DNA of 57,306 nt, the filler included, from Trichosphaerium sp. ATCC 40318 (Eukaryota > Protista > Tubulinea): NCBI GenBank assembly GCA_038496445.1. It is 3 parts of 3 records of this genome, joined end to end, with 100 filler letters (N's around TTAATTAATTAA, not from the genome) between each part and the next. Parts side by side here need not be neighbours in the genome. Positions count along the whole stretch, not along the records: positions 18,545 to 41,936 come from JALMLS010000494.1; 2 more parts are not named here. One strand, 5' to 3'. Positions 28,501 to 40,092 of this stretch are shown piece by piece. A program made the position numbers and the translations under genes. A model generated the notes under the pieces. That model made no database searches. It was not told the DNA's origin and saw only the letters and a list, made by a program, of their open reading frames with translations. The first letter of the stretch is position 1. Every line of letters begins with the position of its first letter.

Positions 28501-31500
28501 TGCACATTTGTATTTCCATTTAGAAAATTTATTAAGCATTTCATTACAATCTGGAATTTGGTATGGATAAAATTCTGTATTATCATTAACTTTAGCAGGA
28601 TCTATGATAAAGCGATCGTCACCAGTTTTCTTCCGAAGTACCATAGCATGAGATACCCAGTCAGAACCGGTTACTTTAGAGACTATTCCTTGCTCTACTA
28701 AACGATCAACGCACTTCTGTAGATGCTTTTCATACTTGGCTGCATAGCGTCTTCTTTTAACTCTGTGAGGTACAGCGTTTTCTCTAATTTTGAGTTTGAT
28801 GGGTTCATATTTGACTTGTCCATACTTTTTAGGTGGTTTGTAAACACGTGTACCTTTGACCTTTAATAAATTGACCAAGTTATTACGCTGGTTCGTATCA
28901 AGCACTTTAGTGTTGACTTGAATGTCAGGTCTAAAAATTAAAGTGGTATATACCAGTTTTTTTATGGTATATACCACTTTTTTCAACAAAATGGTATATG
29001 AACTGGTATATACCATTTTGAAATACCACTTTTTTTAGAAATTAAGTGAATAAAAAAGTGGTATATGGAAGTGGTATATACCACTTTTCATTCACATAAT
29101 GAGACCTTCTAAAAATGGTATATAAAGTGGTATATACCACTTTTTTATGGTATGTGGTATATACTACCTTTTTATTGGTATATACCACTTTTATGGTATG
29201 CTTCAAGAAGGTCATTAAGGAGCTTTTTGGTAATGGGTTTTCTTGTTGAACGATCATGGACGTCATACATTGAACGGTGCGTAGGGACCTTAGTATATCA
29301 TAGAATCTAACCAAACCAAGCTCATTCGGACCGCAGGACCTGATTCCAGTACCAACATTGAGGAAACTATATTGCAGGTATTATACAGACGTTCGTGGGT
29401 ACCAGACAAAGTTTTATTTTATTTTCGTTTGATATACATTAACCGACCTCCGTAGGCCTTAGTAATTGATAGATTCAGGTGGGACCACTTTCATTAGGTG
29501 CGCAGCATGTTTTTACAGTAGTTACAGCAAGCTCATGGAGATGGACGAATTTTCCAGACGCCCATAGTAATGTAACTGTAGTGGACATTGTCCAAAACTT
29601 GTAACTCACAAACTGTGTATTAAATAAAGTGTATTTTCTGGAATTGCAGGTGTACTATAAGTAAGCATAAAGTGGTATATAAGAGTGGTATATACCATGA
29701 AAAACTGGTATAAAAAAGTGGTATATAAGTGGTATATACCTAAAAAAAGTGGTATAAAAAAGTGGTATATTTTTTTTTTTCTGGTGAAAAAAAGTGGTAT
29801 ATTTTCTGTTTTTATACCTGTTTTTTTTGGTATATTGTTGGTATATTTGGTCAATATACCACTTTTTTTGGTATATTTCGGTCAAAATATACCACTTTTT
29901 TTGGTATATACCATAAAAAACTGGTATAAAAAAGTGGTATAAAAGTGGTATATACCAAAAAAACTGGTATATTTTTTTTAGACCTGGTCTTTTAACACTT
30001 GATTGTTCTTTAATTCAGTTAACGTTTCAGTACCTGTATCTGGTGTACAATGGAGAAAGCGTTCTACTGGAGGAGGAGTGCCTTTAGATGGTTCTAGTTC
30101 TGGTAGTTCTATAGATTTACTGAATTCTTTAGATTTGTTAGTAGGTTCAGTATTAGGTATTAACACAGAGTAATCTAATCTAGTTTTATTGCTGTTGATT
30201 TTACCTAGGCGGTTTACAAACGCGTAGGCGAGAACATCTCCTTTTTTAACAGTGATAGGGATGTCGCGGCTATCTTTGTCGCGGTGTAGGATAGTAAGAT
30301 ACACTTTGTTATCTTTACTAACACAGGCGCCAGTACCAACCATCGAAACCAATACTTTGTGATTCTTCTTTCTAAATTCGAGGGCTTCGTTGATAGTAAT
30401 CTCAGAGAAGGGTGGTAGAGGTGGCAGCTTGAAACAAAAGACGACGCCATTGCGGTTATTGAACTCGATTGAAGCATCTTTGTCGGATATAAGAGCTGTT
30501 TTCCAGTAATCAGACGTCTCGAATGATATTGGTGTGCAATGTGTTGCAACTTTCTTAATGTTCATCTTTTGTATGGCCTTCTTGATGACTTGAGGAGGTT
30601 GGTTCTTGAGGTCCTCTCTGATTTGTTTATCGCCTTTCTTATCAATAAAGTGATCATCACCACCTTCATTGAGTTCTTTTTCGAGGTCGTCCTGAAATTG
30701 TTCAGTAGTGGTGGGAGTGATAGTGGTTTCTGAGTCTTTGTCAGACAACTCGTTTGGTTTGTTGTACTCTTGCTGGTATAATTTTTCAGCAAAGGGGGAA
30801 TTATCACCAGTGATAGGTGGTTCAGGCTTGACTGTAATGCCAGTGGCATTGCTGAATGGTATAACAGCGAAGTGTGATGAGGCGTGTATCATTTTGTTAT
30901 GGAGGTCAATGACCGCTCCCGCTTTAATGAGAGTGTTAATGCCGAGTACAATGTCAAATCTCGGTTTCTCCATGATGTGGAGGTTTTCATTGATTTTGAG
31001 GTCCATGAAATCAATGTCGGTGCTAATGATTCCTAAAGATTTCTCAGAAACGTCATTTAAGATGTCGCTGGTGACTCTAATGGTCTTACCGTTGTTAATA
31101 GGTATGATATCTTTATCTGCTTCTCGTAGCTTTCTGTTGACGTAGTTAATGCAGTCCTTGCTGATGACTGATATGGTTGAACCAGTATCAATCATGGCAG
31201 GTATTCTGCGCCTTCCCAAGATAATGTGAATAATTGGGAGCATCTCGCCATCAATACTGAACTCACTTGTACCAACATTGCAAGGAACTTCTTTAATAAA
31301 TTTGTTGTTGTACTTTAGTGCGAGTTCGATGACACCATCACTAATCTGGCTCTTCGGTTTCTTTTTGATTGGTGTTACCTTCTTCTTTGGAGGTGTAGGG
31401 TCGACTATGAAGGGATCATCATCTTCACCGTCGCTAGAAAGCGCTAAGGGAGCCGCATAGGGGTTGTTGCTTTGAGGGTGATTAGGCGATTGGTTGTATG

Positions 31501-33172
31501 GATCAAAGTTATTTTGTTGAGGTTGGTTGTAGAGCGCTTGAAACCCATTGTTATCTTGATATCCTTGATAAGGAGGAGTGAACGGGTTACCATTGTCTAT
31601 AGAAAGCGCAACGTTAGATTTGTTCATTGAATTGGAGGACTTACTATTGTTCCATTGATCCAAATTCTTTTGACGAGCATTATCGCGTTGATTTTGAAAG
31701 TTAGCGTATACGCTGCATGTTTCTCCGTTCTTGTGTTCTGGGCCATAACATGTAGCACACAGAATACGTCCATCTTGTTCAATAGTGCGGGCATAGTTGT
31801 TACGTCTTTGGTTGTTTCAATTGTTGTTGCGTTGGTTAAAACGCTGGTTGTTACCGCGTTGGTTGTTGTGACGCTGCCCTTGTTGATTGTTGTAGTTGTT
31901 ACGTTGTTGCTTTTGGGGACGTCCACCATTGAAACGGTTGTTAAACTTCCTGTTGGAAGTAAGCTTATCAATCTTTTTGTTCAACTTTTCTATTTCTTTT
32001 TCTAGGTCATGTGCCTTTTGAAGTTGCGCTGATTGAACGCCATTATTATCTGTTTGCGAAGAATTGATCCAATGAGGAGGGCTATGAGAAGTGTTTGAAG
32101 AATTATTGCCAGAACTATCATGACTAATTAGATTAGAGTGTGAACTGGAAAGTTTGTATTGAATTTCTTTTTTCTCTGCTTTTTCTAAGATTTTTTCTGC
32201 GTAATATTTGGACTTAATGTCACCATTCTCATAGTCTTTTTTAAGTTTAACGTATGTAGGGTATACTTTAGCTCGGAGGGCTTTCTTTAATCCGAGTACA
32301 AATTGTTCCGTGATTGCGGAAGAACGTTTATTAGCATACAATGCTGTTTCTTTAAGACGTCTCATGTACTGACGACATGTCTCATCATGTAATTGTACAC
32401 AATCCCTAAAATGAATCACAGATTGAGCTTTGTCCAGCGGAGTAATAATTTCCGCGATTATAGCATCATATAGCTTCTTAGGCTTTGCATCTAGCGGGAT
32501 CGTGGAAAGTAACTTTTTAAGTTCTTCCTTTTTAACATTTACTCTGAGTGCTATGGCCAGGGTTTCATCGTCCATGTCATAAGTTTTAGCTAGACTAACA
32601 CTGAATTTGTACCAGTGGTCTACAGATGCACGGTTTTTTGTTTTAAGACGCGGGACATAAGCGAGCACATTTTTTAAAACAGTGGGAGATTTTTTATTTT
32701 TTACATTTTCGGATTTACCGGTTTTCTTATTTTCTGTCTTTTCATCCTCACTGTCGGAGCTGTCCTTATCCGTAATATCGGATTCTGTGGAGTCAGCTAA
32801 TGTGTCTGATTCATCTCCCACATATCCCCTTTTTACCGCTACTGATAGTGGAGTAGGTTGTTCTATGTTGGTTGGACTTTTGGGATGAACTTTCTTATCA
32901 GCTTTTACGTTTAATCCTTCAGGATTAGACAACCCAGCCATTAATTCTTTTTCGAACCTTTGAGGTTTTGTGGAAGCGGGAGGATCTGTGGGTTCTTCAT
33001 ATTGTTCATCACTTTCTGATGCTTCTTCTGTTTGTTGTTCAAGGTCTTTGTCTTCACGTTGTATTTGTTCCATGTCCTGTAAAGCGGAACTGCCGCTATT
33101 ACCGGAGTCTAGATCGCTTTCCTCACTGATATTAGGAAGGGGAATGTCACCTTTGCGTGGTGTATCAGTCAT
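25504..33172 (-). pseudogene. Gag-protease-RT-RNase H-integrase polyprotein; originally one ORF, now broken by two in-frame TGAs and a DNA-element insertion
   Basis: Zinc knuckle CATCYGPEHKNGETC in frame after the TGA at 31817-31819; protease MIDTGST; RT PYFDD; RNase H HTNAS (usually TDAS); integrase HHCC (HDSPLSAH..CDIC) and D-D-E (AVDISGP, SDNG, QAERSF), in frame across the TGA at 26734-26736; GPY motif. No chromodomain is evident. Confidence 0.9.
28926..29986. mobile_element. 1061-bp non-autonomous foldback-like DNA element nested in pol
   Basis: TIRs CAGGTCTAAAAA / TTTTTAGACCTG, a 2-bp TSD (GT), and subterminal arrays of the palindrome GGTATATACC. Removing the element plus one TSD restores the frame QVLKD-IQVNTK. 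Confidence 0.9.
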
Positions 33173-33580
33173 GACAAGACACAAGAGGAGAAGTATGAAG
33201 AGGGATGTGATTTGGTATAAAAGTTTTATTTTTGTTATACAAGAGGCTTGTACGCCTTTACAGTGTTGGGGATTAGTAATCCCTTGAGTGTAGAAGTAGA
33301 TTGGTGTTACTATTGAGTTGTGAATCAAAAAGTCGCGCGGTATTTTGATTCACACGAAGGTCTTGGCTTCGTATAGGTGATGTTTTGGCGCTAGTAAGCG
33401 ACTTACACGAGCGGATCCGTAGTCCGACATAGATACTGCGAGCTTAGTCGACTTATGTAGAAGTAATGTACGGTCTTAGCCGTGGCTTATAGCCAGAGAG
33501 AGAGGGAGTTCTTTGACTCCAAAAGTAATAGCACGAAAGGTGCCGAGTGTAGGTTGATATTAAGAGTACTTACCTTATGC

Positions 33581-33598
33581 TAAAATCCAGTGTCGCCA
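33581..33598 (-). promoter_or_regulatory. Primer-binding site (tRNA identity unconfirmed; a ...GTCG-CCA 3' end is compatible with tRNA-Ser)
   Basis: TGGCGACACTGG starts 2 nt inside the 5' LTR boundary. Confidence 0.65.
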
Positions 33599-33600
33599 CG

Positions 33601-33747
33601 TGTTGTATAACTTAGCTAGGGTTATAAGACGAGTTGTTGCAGGTACGAGGTAAGGAGAATTCTAAGTTTATTAATCTTATTACAAAATAAGGAACTTCGT
33701 TATATTCAGATAACGAATGACGGATATGAATGTGTTCATATACGACA
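33601..33747 (-). repeat. 5' LTR (147 bp)
   Basis: Direct repeat of 25343-25489, followed on the + strand by the TSD ctgc. Confidence 0.95.
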
Positions 33748-34713
33748 CTGCTGTTGATAACATACGAACTCATACCTTTAGCATGTTATTCATTACATAT
33801 AACTTTAAACAGTTACAAGGCAGTTAACCGTTCTCGTGTACGCGTTAAAACAACGTACTTAGCACACCTACAGATGCAATAGGCGCTTCAAGGAGAATAA
33901 GCTCAAATAATTCATTTGGAAGCTTAGCAAACACCCCACCAACCCTTTGAGTTATTTGGGTTCTTTTGGCAGCTTTGTTGCCCATTTTGTTGTTGCTGTT
34001 TTGATAAAGAAGCAGTCACTTCCGATAGGAAATTATCACGTGACATTTTTTGAAGCATGAAAAAAGTGCACCTACAGTAGTAAAGCCATTTGCCAGTCAC
34101 GTTTCTTGAGGATTTAGTAATAATCAATTGGATGTCACGTGCATCTAAGTGAGAAGAAAAATGTCAATGTCATGTGGATCCTCCACAACCACAGTGCTAG
34201 CAAGCCATAAAGCTAGCAATCCAAATAAAGACATCGAATACCATATAAACGACACTACACTCAAAAAAGTTGGATGTTTGTTAAGAATAGCACAGCACCT
34301 ATTTTTATAGCAGTTGCTATACTTGCAACACTAGAAGCTCGTCAATCAATTAAATAGTGTGAAAAGTATCTCAACTGAAGAGTGGTTCGTAACAAATCAG
34401 AGGATAAAATTGTTGTCATCTATAGCACGTTTGTTCTATATAAGTGCATTATACATACAAAAATTGGCGTGCTAGCACTCATAGCATTTAATTAATGATG
34501 ACAATAGATGCAAACAAACTAAACGAATATTACAAATTTGTTCGAGCTACCCATGCTATCACTAGACTCTCAAGCAGTTATAATACTGTTGCTCCATATT
34601 TGGTGGAATGTTCGCACAATAAGATTAGGGAGATGGCCAAAGACAACTTAAGTATTGCATAATAATAGGCGAAGAACAATGTCTGATTTAATCAAGTTGG
34701 TTACGGTTTTTTT

Positions 34714-36045
34714 TTAACCCATGCCACAATTATAGCAAGGTTGTCGTACCCAAAGTTCCTCCTTGATAAATTGTTCAACTTGTTTATCAAGTCCAAATGC
34801 CCTGTGATTTAATGTCTCTGGATCAAAATCAACACAAGTATCCCAACGACCCTAAACATCAATAAAGTTTCAACCCACAGAAAAAAATACTTGTGGATAA
34901 ATAAAAAAGGACTTGAAAGTCGGTGAATTTCTCTTCTCATATTTACCTTCTGAACAATCTGAACATGAGAACATCTCTCTTGCTTATCAATAAAAAGTGG
35001 AATGAGTGATCTCAAGATCTGCTCAAGGTCATTTGTGTAATGTAAATGAACCATACCCCCAAATCCTTCAAAAGTCATACCACCACTAGTCTCTTTGGTA
35101 GCCTCAAGTGAGCGTTGTAACTTGCTCTGTTAACAAATAACATTATTTAAAACTATTTACATACGTGTGTAATAAAAATTGCTTACTCTGTGTATTCTAA
35201 GTCTTGGGATCTCATCAGCAACAAACAAGTCAGTTGTTTTGTTTCTAAACAACACCCTTTGCCTAGTATTGGTATATTAACGGCATGTTTTGGTCAATAG
35301 GTGTATTGTTTCTTACCCTATCAGAATTTTAAGATCATATCCATCAGGTTCATGGTAAAGTGCAACTTCGACATTAAGCAACTTGTCACCAACTGTAACC
35401 AGAATATCTGAAACAACAACCTGAACAAGTCATATTCGTAAGAGTGTATTAATTAACTCATGACGTACACAATGTCTCACAAATCCTTCCTCAACGTTAT
35501 CCCATACTTGGTAGAATGTATGATCATGAGCGTTTCGATCAGAAATAACATCAATATCGAAAAGTTTCTTGAACTTTTGGTGCATCTCAAAACTGTAAAT
35601 TGAAATAGCAACTTTCTGTGAATTTAACAAAGCACAGTAAACCTGAAAAACGAATTCTATTAGTATACACCAAAACAAGTGCATATTGTGTAATCTTACA
35701 TCATACCAAGACTTGTAAGAAGACTTAAACGCATCAGAAATGTAGAACTTGCCCTCAATCTTTTTTTTCCAAAAATAATCGCTTTCACGTATTCTGCTGT
35801 TGATAACATACGAACTCATACCTTTAGTACGTTATTCATTTCATTACATATAAATTTAAACAGTTACAAGGCGCTTAACCCTCGCATACGCGTTAAAACA
35901 ACGTACCTAACACACCTACAGATGTAATAGGCGCTTCAAGGAGAATAAGCTCAAATAATTCATTTGGAAGCTTAGCAAACACCCCACCAACCCTTTGAGT
36001 TATTTGGGTTCTACTAGCAGTTATTTTGGCAGCTTTGTTGCCCAT
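34714..36045 (-). CDS. F-box gene copy B (uninterrupted paralogue; MG start, possible N-myristoylation)
   Basis: MGNKAAKITASRTQITQRVGGVFAKLPNELFELILLEAP...DYFWKKKI. It carries the empty insertion site attctgctgttg at ~35791. The predicted last exon ends ...WVRQPCYNCGMG*. Confidence 0.65.
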
Positions 36046-36149
36046 TTTGTTGTTGCTACGACTTTTGATAAAGAAGCAGTCACTTCCGATAGGAAGTTAT
36101 CACGTGACATTTTTTTAATGCGACTGAAAATGTTGCCAAGAGCAATTTA

Positions 36150-36905
36150 TTATTGGTGCTGCAACCCGTTGATGTAGAAGCAGTGTTTCAATATTACGCC
36201 ATTGCTAGCCCATTGAGTATATTCTCCATCTCTCTTACCATCAACATGATAAACAAGCTCTTCTATCTGACCATTTTCATGCCATCTCTGGTACAGTCCT
36301 TCATGTATTCCATTAAGGTAAGAGTTCACTTGAAGCACTTGACCATTTTTATGCCACTCCTTATATTCTCCTTGTCGTTTACCATTGGAATACATACCTT
36401 GCTGCCGTATTTGACCATTTTCATCCCACCACTTGTACTCTCCTTCTTTGTTACCATTAGTGTAGTTTACTTCTGCGTGTAATTGACCATTTGAGTACCA
36501 GTGCTTGTACTTTCCTTCTATTGTATCATTGACATACTGACAACGAACTCTTAATTGTCCATTCTTATGCCACCATTTGTATTCACCATGGAGTTTGTGG
36601 TTTGAGTAGGTACCTTGATCACGCAACTGGTCATTACCATACCAACTCTTGAACTCTCCTTCTCTTCTTCCATTCACAAAGACTTGAGTTGTTTTGTAGG
36701 TGCTGCTTGGATTGTGAAAGGGCTTCCATTGTTTCAACCATTTCCCACATTTTTTAAGACTATCATTGAATCGTGTTGTTGTAGCACTATATTTAGATAA
36801 CAGTGGCCACTTAACATAAACTTCAAAGTCCAAATCGGTGATATAATAATGCAGTTCAACTGGAATATTAAATAAGCAGACATTGTCTTCTTTGATAGGT
36901 ACCAT
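36150..36905 (-). CDS. F-box-like + MORN-variant (YwqK-like) repeat protein
   Basis: N-terminal LFNIPVELHYYI, then about 7 units of GEYKxWxxNGQ in an intronless 251-aa ORF. Confidence 0.8.
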   Translation of the reverse strand: MVPIKEDNVCLFNIPVELHYYITDLDFEVYVKWPLLSKYSATTTRFNDSLKKCGKWLKQWKPFHNPSSTYKTTQVFVNGRREGEFKSWYGNDQLRDQGTYSNHKLHGEYKWWHKNGQLRVRCQYVNDTIEGKYKHWYSNGQLHAEVNYTNGNKEGEYKWWDENGQIRQQGMYSNGKRQGEYKEWHKNGQVLQVNSYLNGIHEGLYQRWHENGQIEELVYHVDGKRDGEYTQWASNGVILKHCFYINGLQHQ

Positions 36906-37574
36906 CTACAATGTATTTTGTTGTTAATTTGGTTCCAACCAAATTACACACGTTTTATAAAACAAGTGCGTTACCTTGCGTTTTACTGCCATGATTTATG
37001 AAGCGATAAGGATACACGTTGAAAGTATAGGTTAATCTGAACTAGAAACGTACAATTTCGGTCAAGAAAGTTCAGTAAAAACACGTGACCATGGTACGTC
37101 GTCTCTTTTCAACCCAATTCTCATACAACCTAAAAATAGCTTTTCTTGCCGAAACTGGTTAATGAAAATGTTGCTGGCTTTAGGGATGGTTTACCTACTC
37201 TAGCTTCCCTACTTTTCGTAAAGTGAATCACCTCGAATGCAGTCATCATCTAATGCTCTTCAACAAAAGCGTTATCTATGTGAGAAGCCTCAATTTCGCT
37301 CAAACAGTAAGTAAATTGAAGAGGCTCAGTAAGGCTCTATATTGGTTCATTCATTTCTGCAATGGTGCTCTAGACAGTTAAAATGTAAAGCTGTCTTCAA
37401 TTTATTTAAGCTTTGTAAGAAAGTGTGAGACGGCCTCCATTAGTGGTATTGTAGATCATTAAGAACATATCCAATCCCATGCGTAATATGTAATTAGGGG
37501 AAGTAGAATGAGTAAATTACTAGGAATATTGTAGGACAAAGAATAACGGGGTAAAAACAAAGTGTAATATTTTA

Positions 37575-38190
37575 TTACTCTGACTTGTTGCTTTTTTTTA
37601 CAGTCATCTTTGGGTTTATTACTTGATCAAAGTTATCATCAAAAGTGAATTTATATTGGTGTTGTCGGACAATATTTTTAGATCTAACCAAGTCTGCTAG
37701 TCTTGTACATAGAGAACATTCATTAACTTCAGATACTTGATCATCTTCATCGCGTTCTCTACTTGAAGCAATAGTTCTAGTTATTCCTTTCAATACTACA
37801 TGAGCACCACCAAACTTATATCGCGTCTTTTCTTTAAAAATCACGTGCCAACGTCCTATTGCATATCTGCTATAATCGGTATCTTCAATTTCCTCTGAAC
37901 TTTCTACTTGTCTCTTAAAAGTTCCGTCTTCATTGAGTAAAAGCAGTATATCAAACTGACCATGCGCCCACCCATCGTCACGCTCTATTTCAATGCCGAC
38001 AACCGATGAGATTTCTTCTAGAATCATTTTCATTCGTCTTTTTGAAGCGTTGTGAAAAAGCCTTGATGTCTTGCTTAAAGTAACGATTGTATCTTCAGAA
38101 GCTATTTCACAGATAAGATATGCTATATCAAACCCAAGAGATGTGCTGCGGAGTTGACATTTGTATCGTTTTTTTGAAAAAGACTTTTGT
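37575..38190 (-). CDS. Probable F-box protein (start unresolved)
   Basis: The frame of ORF 37575-38033 stays open upstream and reads SLGFDIAYLICEIASEDTIVTLSKTSRLFHNAS (F-box-like). The nearest ATG is off-frame by one base across homopolymer runs. Confidence 0.5.
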
Positions 38191-38369
38191 GTAAAAACTT
38201 AACCATTCATGGAATGGATTTCAGCAGTTCAGATTTCGCTAAAAATTCTGTGTCATTCTCAAAAATATGCAAAAGCTGAATTTAAAAGGGTGAATTGGCT
38301 TGAGAAGTTACGTATTGATCAGAAGAATGCTCTTTTGTTAATTTTGGTCATTGTTCCATATCACAAACA

Positions 38370-39017
38370 GTGGAACGATTGGTATCACGCCCTGGGCCTC
38401 TGGAGCCCCAGGGCGCTTCATACCACTTCACTGTCGCCAGAGATTCTTGGCGATCAATTCATCCTTACACAAAAAATATACAAACTACTGGACGTGATTG
38501 TCTCCGTAACATGCTACAACTCAAGTACAAAGTGTTTATGAAGTTCCCGCGCCCAGCTAAAACGCTCTACTGGCATCTGTATAACCCCAGTATCGAGCTC
38601 ACTCCGGCAGTTAAAAGTACCCTTGCAAGGTACCCTGCCACACGTGTCACACTGAAGCGCCTAAAAAGCGCTTTCTTTTCTAAACTTCCACTGCTCCGAG
38701 ATATGGCCCATCGCGCTATACTGCGCACGTTAAAATGCTCCTATAGCGCGCCTCAGATCACTGGAACATGGATATTATTCAAATCACCCCCTTCTGGACT
38801 GGCTGATGTCACGTGCCAACGCCTCGGTGTTGGATACAAGTACAAGCCAAAAACTCTGTACATTCTTGCCCTGCTCCCAGATGCCATTCAAGTACGGTTC
38901 CTAGTACTGATGCGCATGGTATTGCTAGATTACAATAACATATGTCATGGAGGCTGTATGCGCTTGCGCAAAGCCTTTGTTTCTCAGTACAAACGTGAGT
39001 GCACTCTTGCGATCTAA
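38370..39017 (+). pseudogene. Possible degenerate 3' fragment of a non-LTR retrotransposon ORF2
   Basis: Intronless ORF, richer in GC than its flanks, with no ATG start. LPLLRDMAHRAILRTL loosely resembles the post-RT region of L1/Tx1-type ORF2. No RT motif is seen. Confidence 0.25.
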
Positions 39018-40092
39018 TGTTACCAAAAACTATCTTCGAACTTGGTCGGCTTTTGTAGCCTGACCACACGATCAACGCTAAGGGCGGAGGCTCGCTTCCT
39101 CACTGTTACGATCCAGCAAAGTAGCTGGCGTCCTGAAAGTCTTTCCTCGCATTGGAAGCGTCCGGTGCAACTCCGGTGTAAACCCTTGGTGGGCACCATT
39201 GTATGTCTGTCTCAGAATGAGCCGCTTCAAGGAATGCAGACAAAAGTAAAGTAAAGTTTTTGGTCATTGTTCATAACTGTGTATTTCGTTAGTCTTTTTG
39301 TAAACTCCTTTGTCTATGCAAGCATTTGTAAATTGCCCACGACTGAGCAAGGCAACAAACACTCGAAAGCCAGGATAACAACCTACTTGATATAGAGGAG
39401 AAATTTTTTAGCATGCTCGAGGCTCGAACTGACAAGTGATAGAGTTGTTAGTTTTTGCAAGATCTTGTCTTAAGATATCTCTTTGATACTTTTGCCAAAC
39501 CAGTTGCAAACTAAATGATACGGACATATATGACGTTACCTAGGGATTTGACTTGAAACAACGCTATTCTATTTTAGCGTTAACCCTACAAGTTAAAAAG
39601 CCACTCCCAATTTGTAGCATGCACGTGACTTTCTGTTCTTATGCTCACATTAAGTACTGTATGAGTATACACTCTTGCTATACCTTGCAGAGTTGCAAAA
39701 GGCTACCTATGTTCACCAACCGTCCCGTAAAATCAGGCTTAGCAATAACACAAAATAGCACTATTTCAGGTCAACTTCCTAGGTCTTCTGTTGGTTTTTG
39801 ATTTAGTTTTTAATGGACTAAAAACTAACATCAAATTACGAATCGGCTCATACGAATTCATCACAACCAATGAACCTGTGGACCTAACTACAACCTTCGA
39901 CCTACATGCTGGCGGCAACAACGTAATATACAAGGACAAAGGGCCATTAAAAACTAAATCAAAACCAACAGAACTAAACATCTGCTCTTTCTTGACGTCT
40001 CAAGCGTAGAAACAAGTTGACCGGTACGGAAGTGTCGCTACTTGATATTTAGTATAGAAGCCAATTGCGCTTATAGTTAGCGAAAAGAGAGT

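Larger units (their letters stand above)
25343..33747 (-). mobile_element. Full-length Ty3/Gypsy LTR retrotransposon (inactivated)
   Basis: 147-bp LTRs at 25343-25489 and 33601-33747 differ by one base and have TG..CA ends. 4-bp TSD CTGC. PBS-like TGGCGACACTGG and a PPT are present. Domain order is gag-PR-RT-RH-IN. Confidence 0.95.
24220..33985 (-). pseudogene. F-box gene copy A (MGNKAAK...), disrupted in exon 2 by the LTR retrotransposon
   Basis: The start at 33985 reads MGNKAAKRTQITQRVGGVFAKLPNELFELILLEAPIASVGVL, then exon 2 (SSYVINS | insertion | RIRESDYFWKKK). The remainder at 25342-24220 is collinear with paralogue 34714-36045. Confidence 0.7.

Noticed and set aside
28926-29016. ATG-initiated 760-aa pol ORF as a real independent start
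   Set aside because: Its first ~30 codons (MVYTSSYT...) come from the inserted element's repeat arm.
31624-31971. Programmed frameshift or gag-pol readthrough at the end of the 503-aa ORF
   Set aside because: The downstream sequence is in the same frame and the TGA precedes the Gag zinc knuckle, so a nonsense mutation is more parsimonious. A second similar TGA lies within integrase.
20915-38190. Endogenous giant virus
   Set aside because: No capsid, polB, packaging ATPase or other NCLDV core gene was seen, and several genes have spliceosomal introns.
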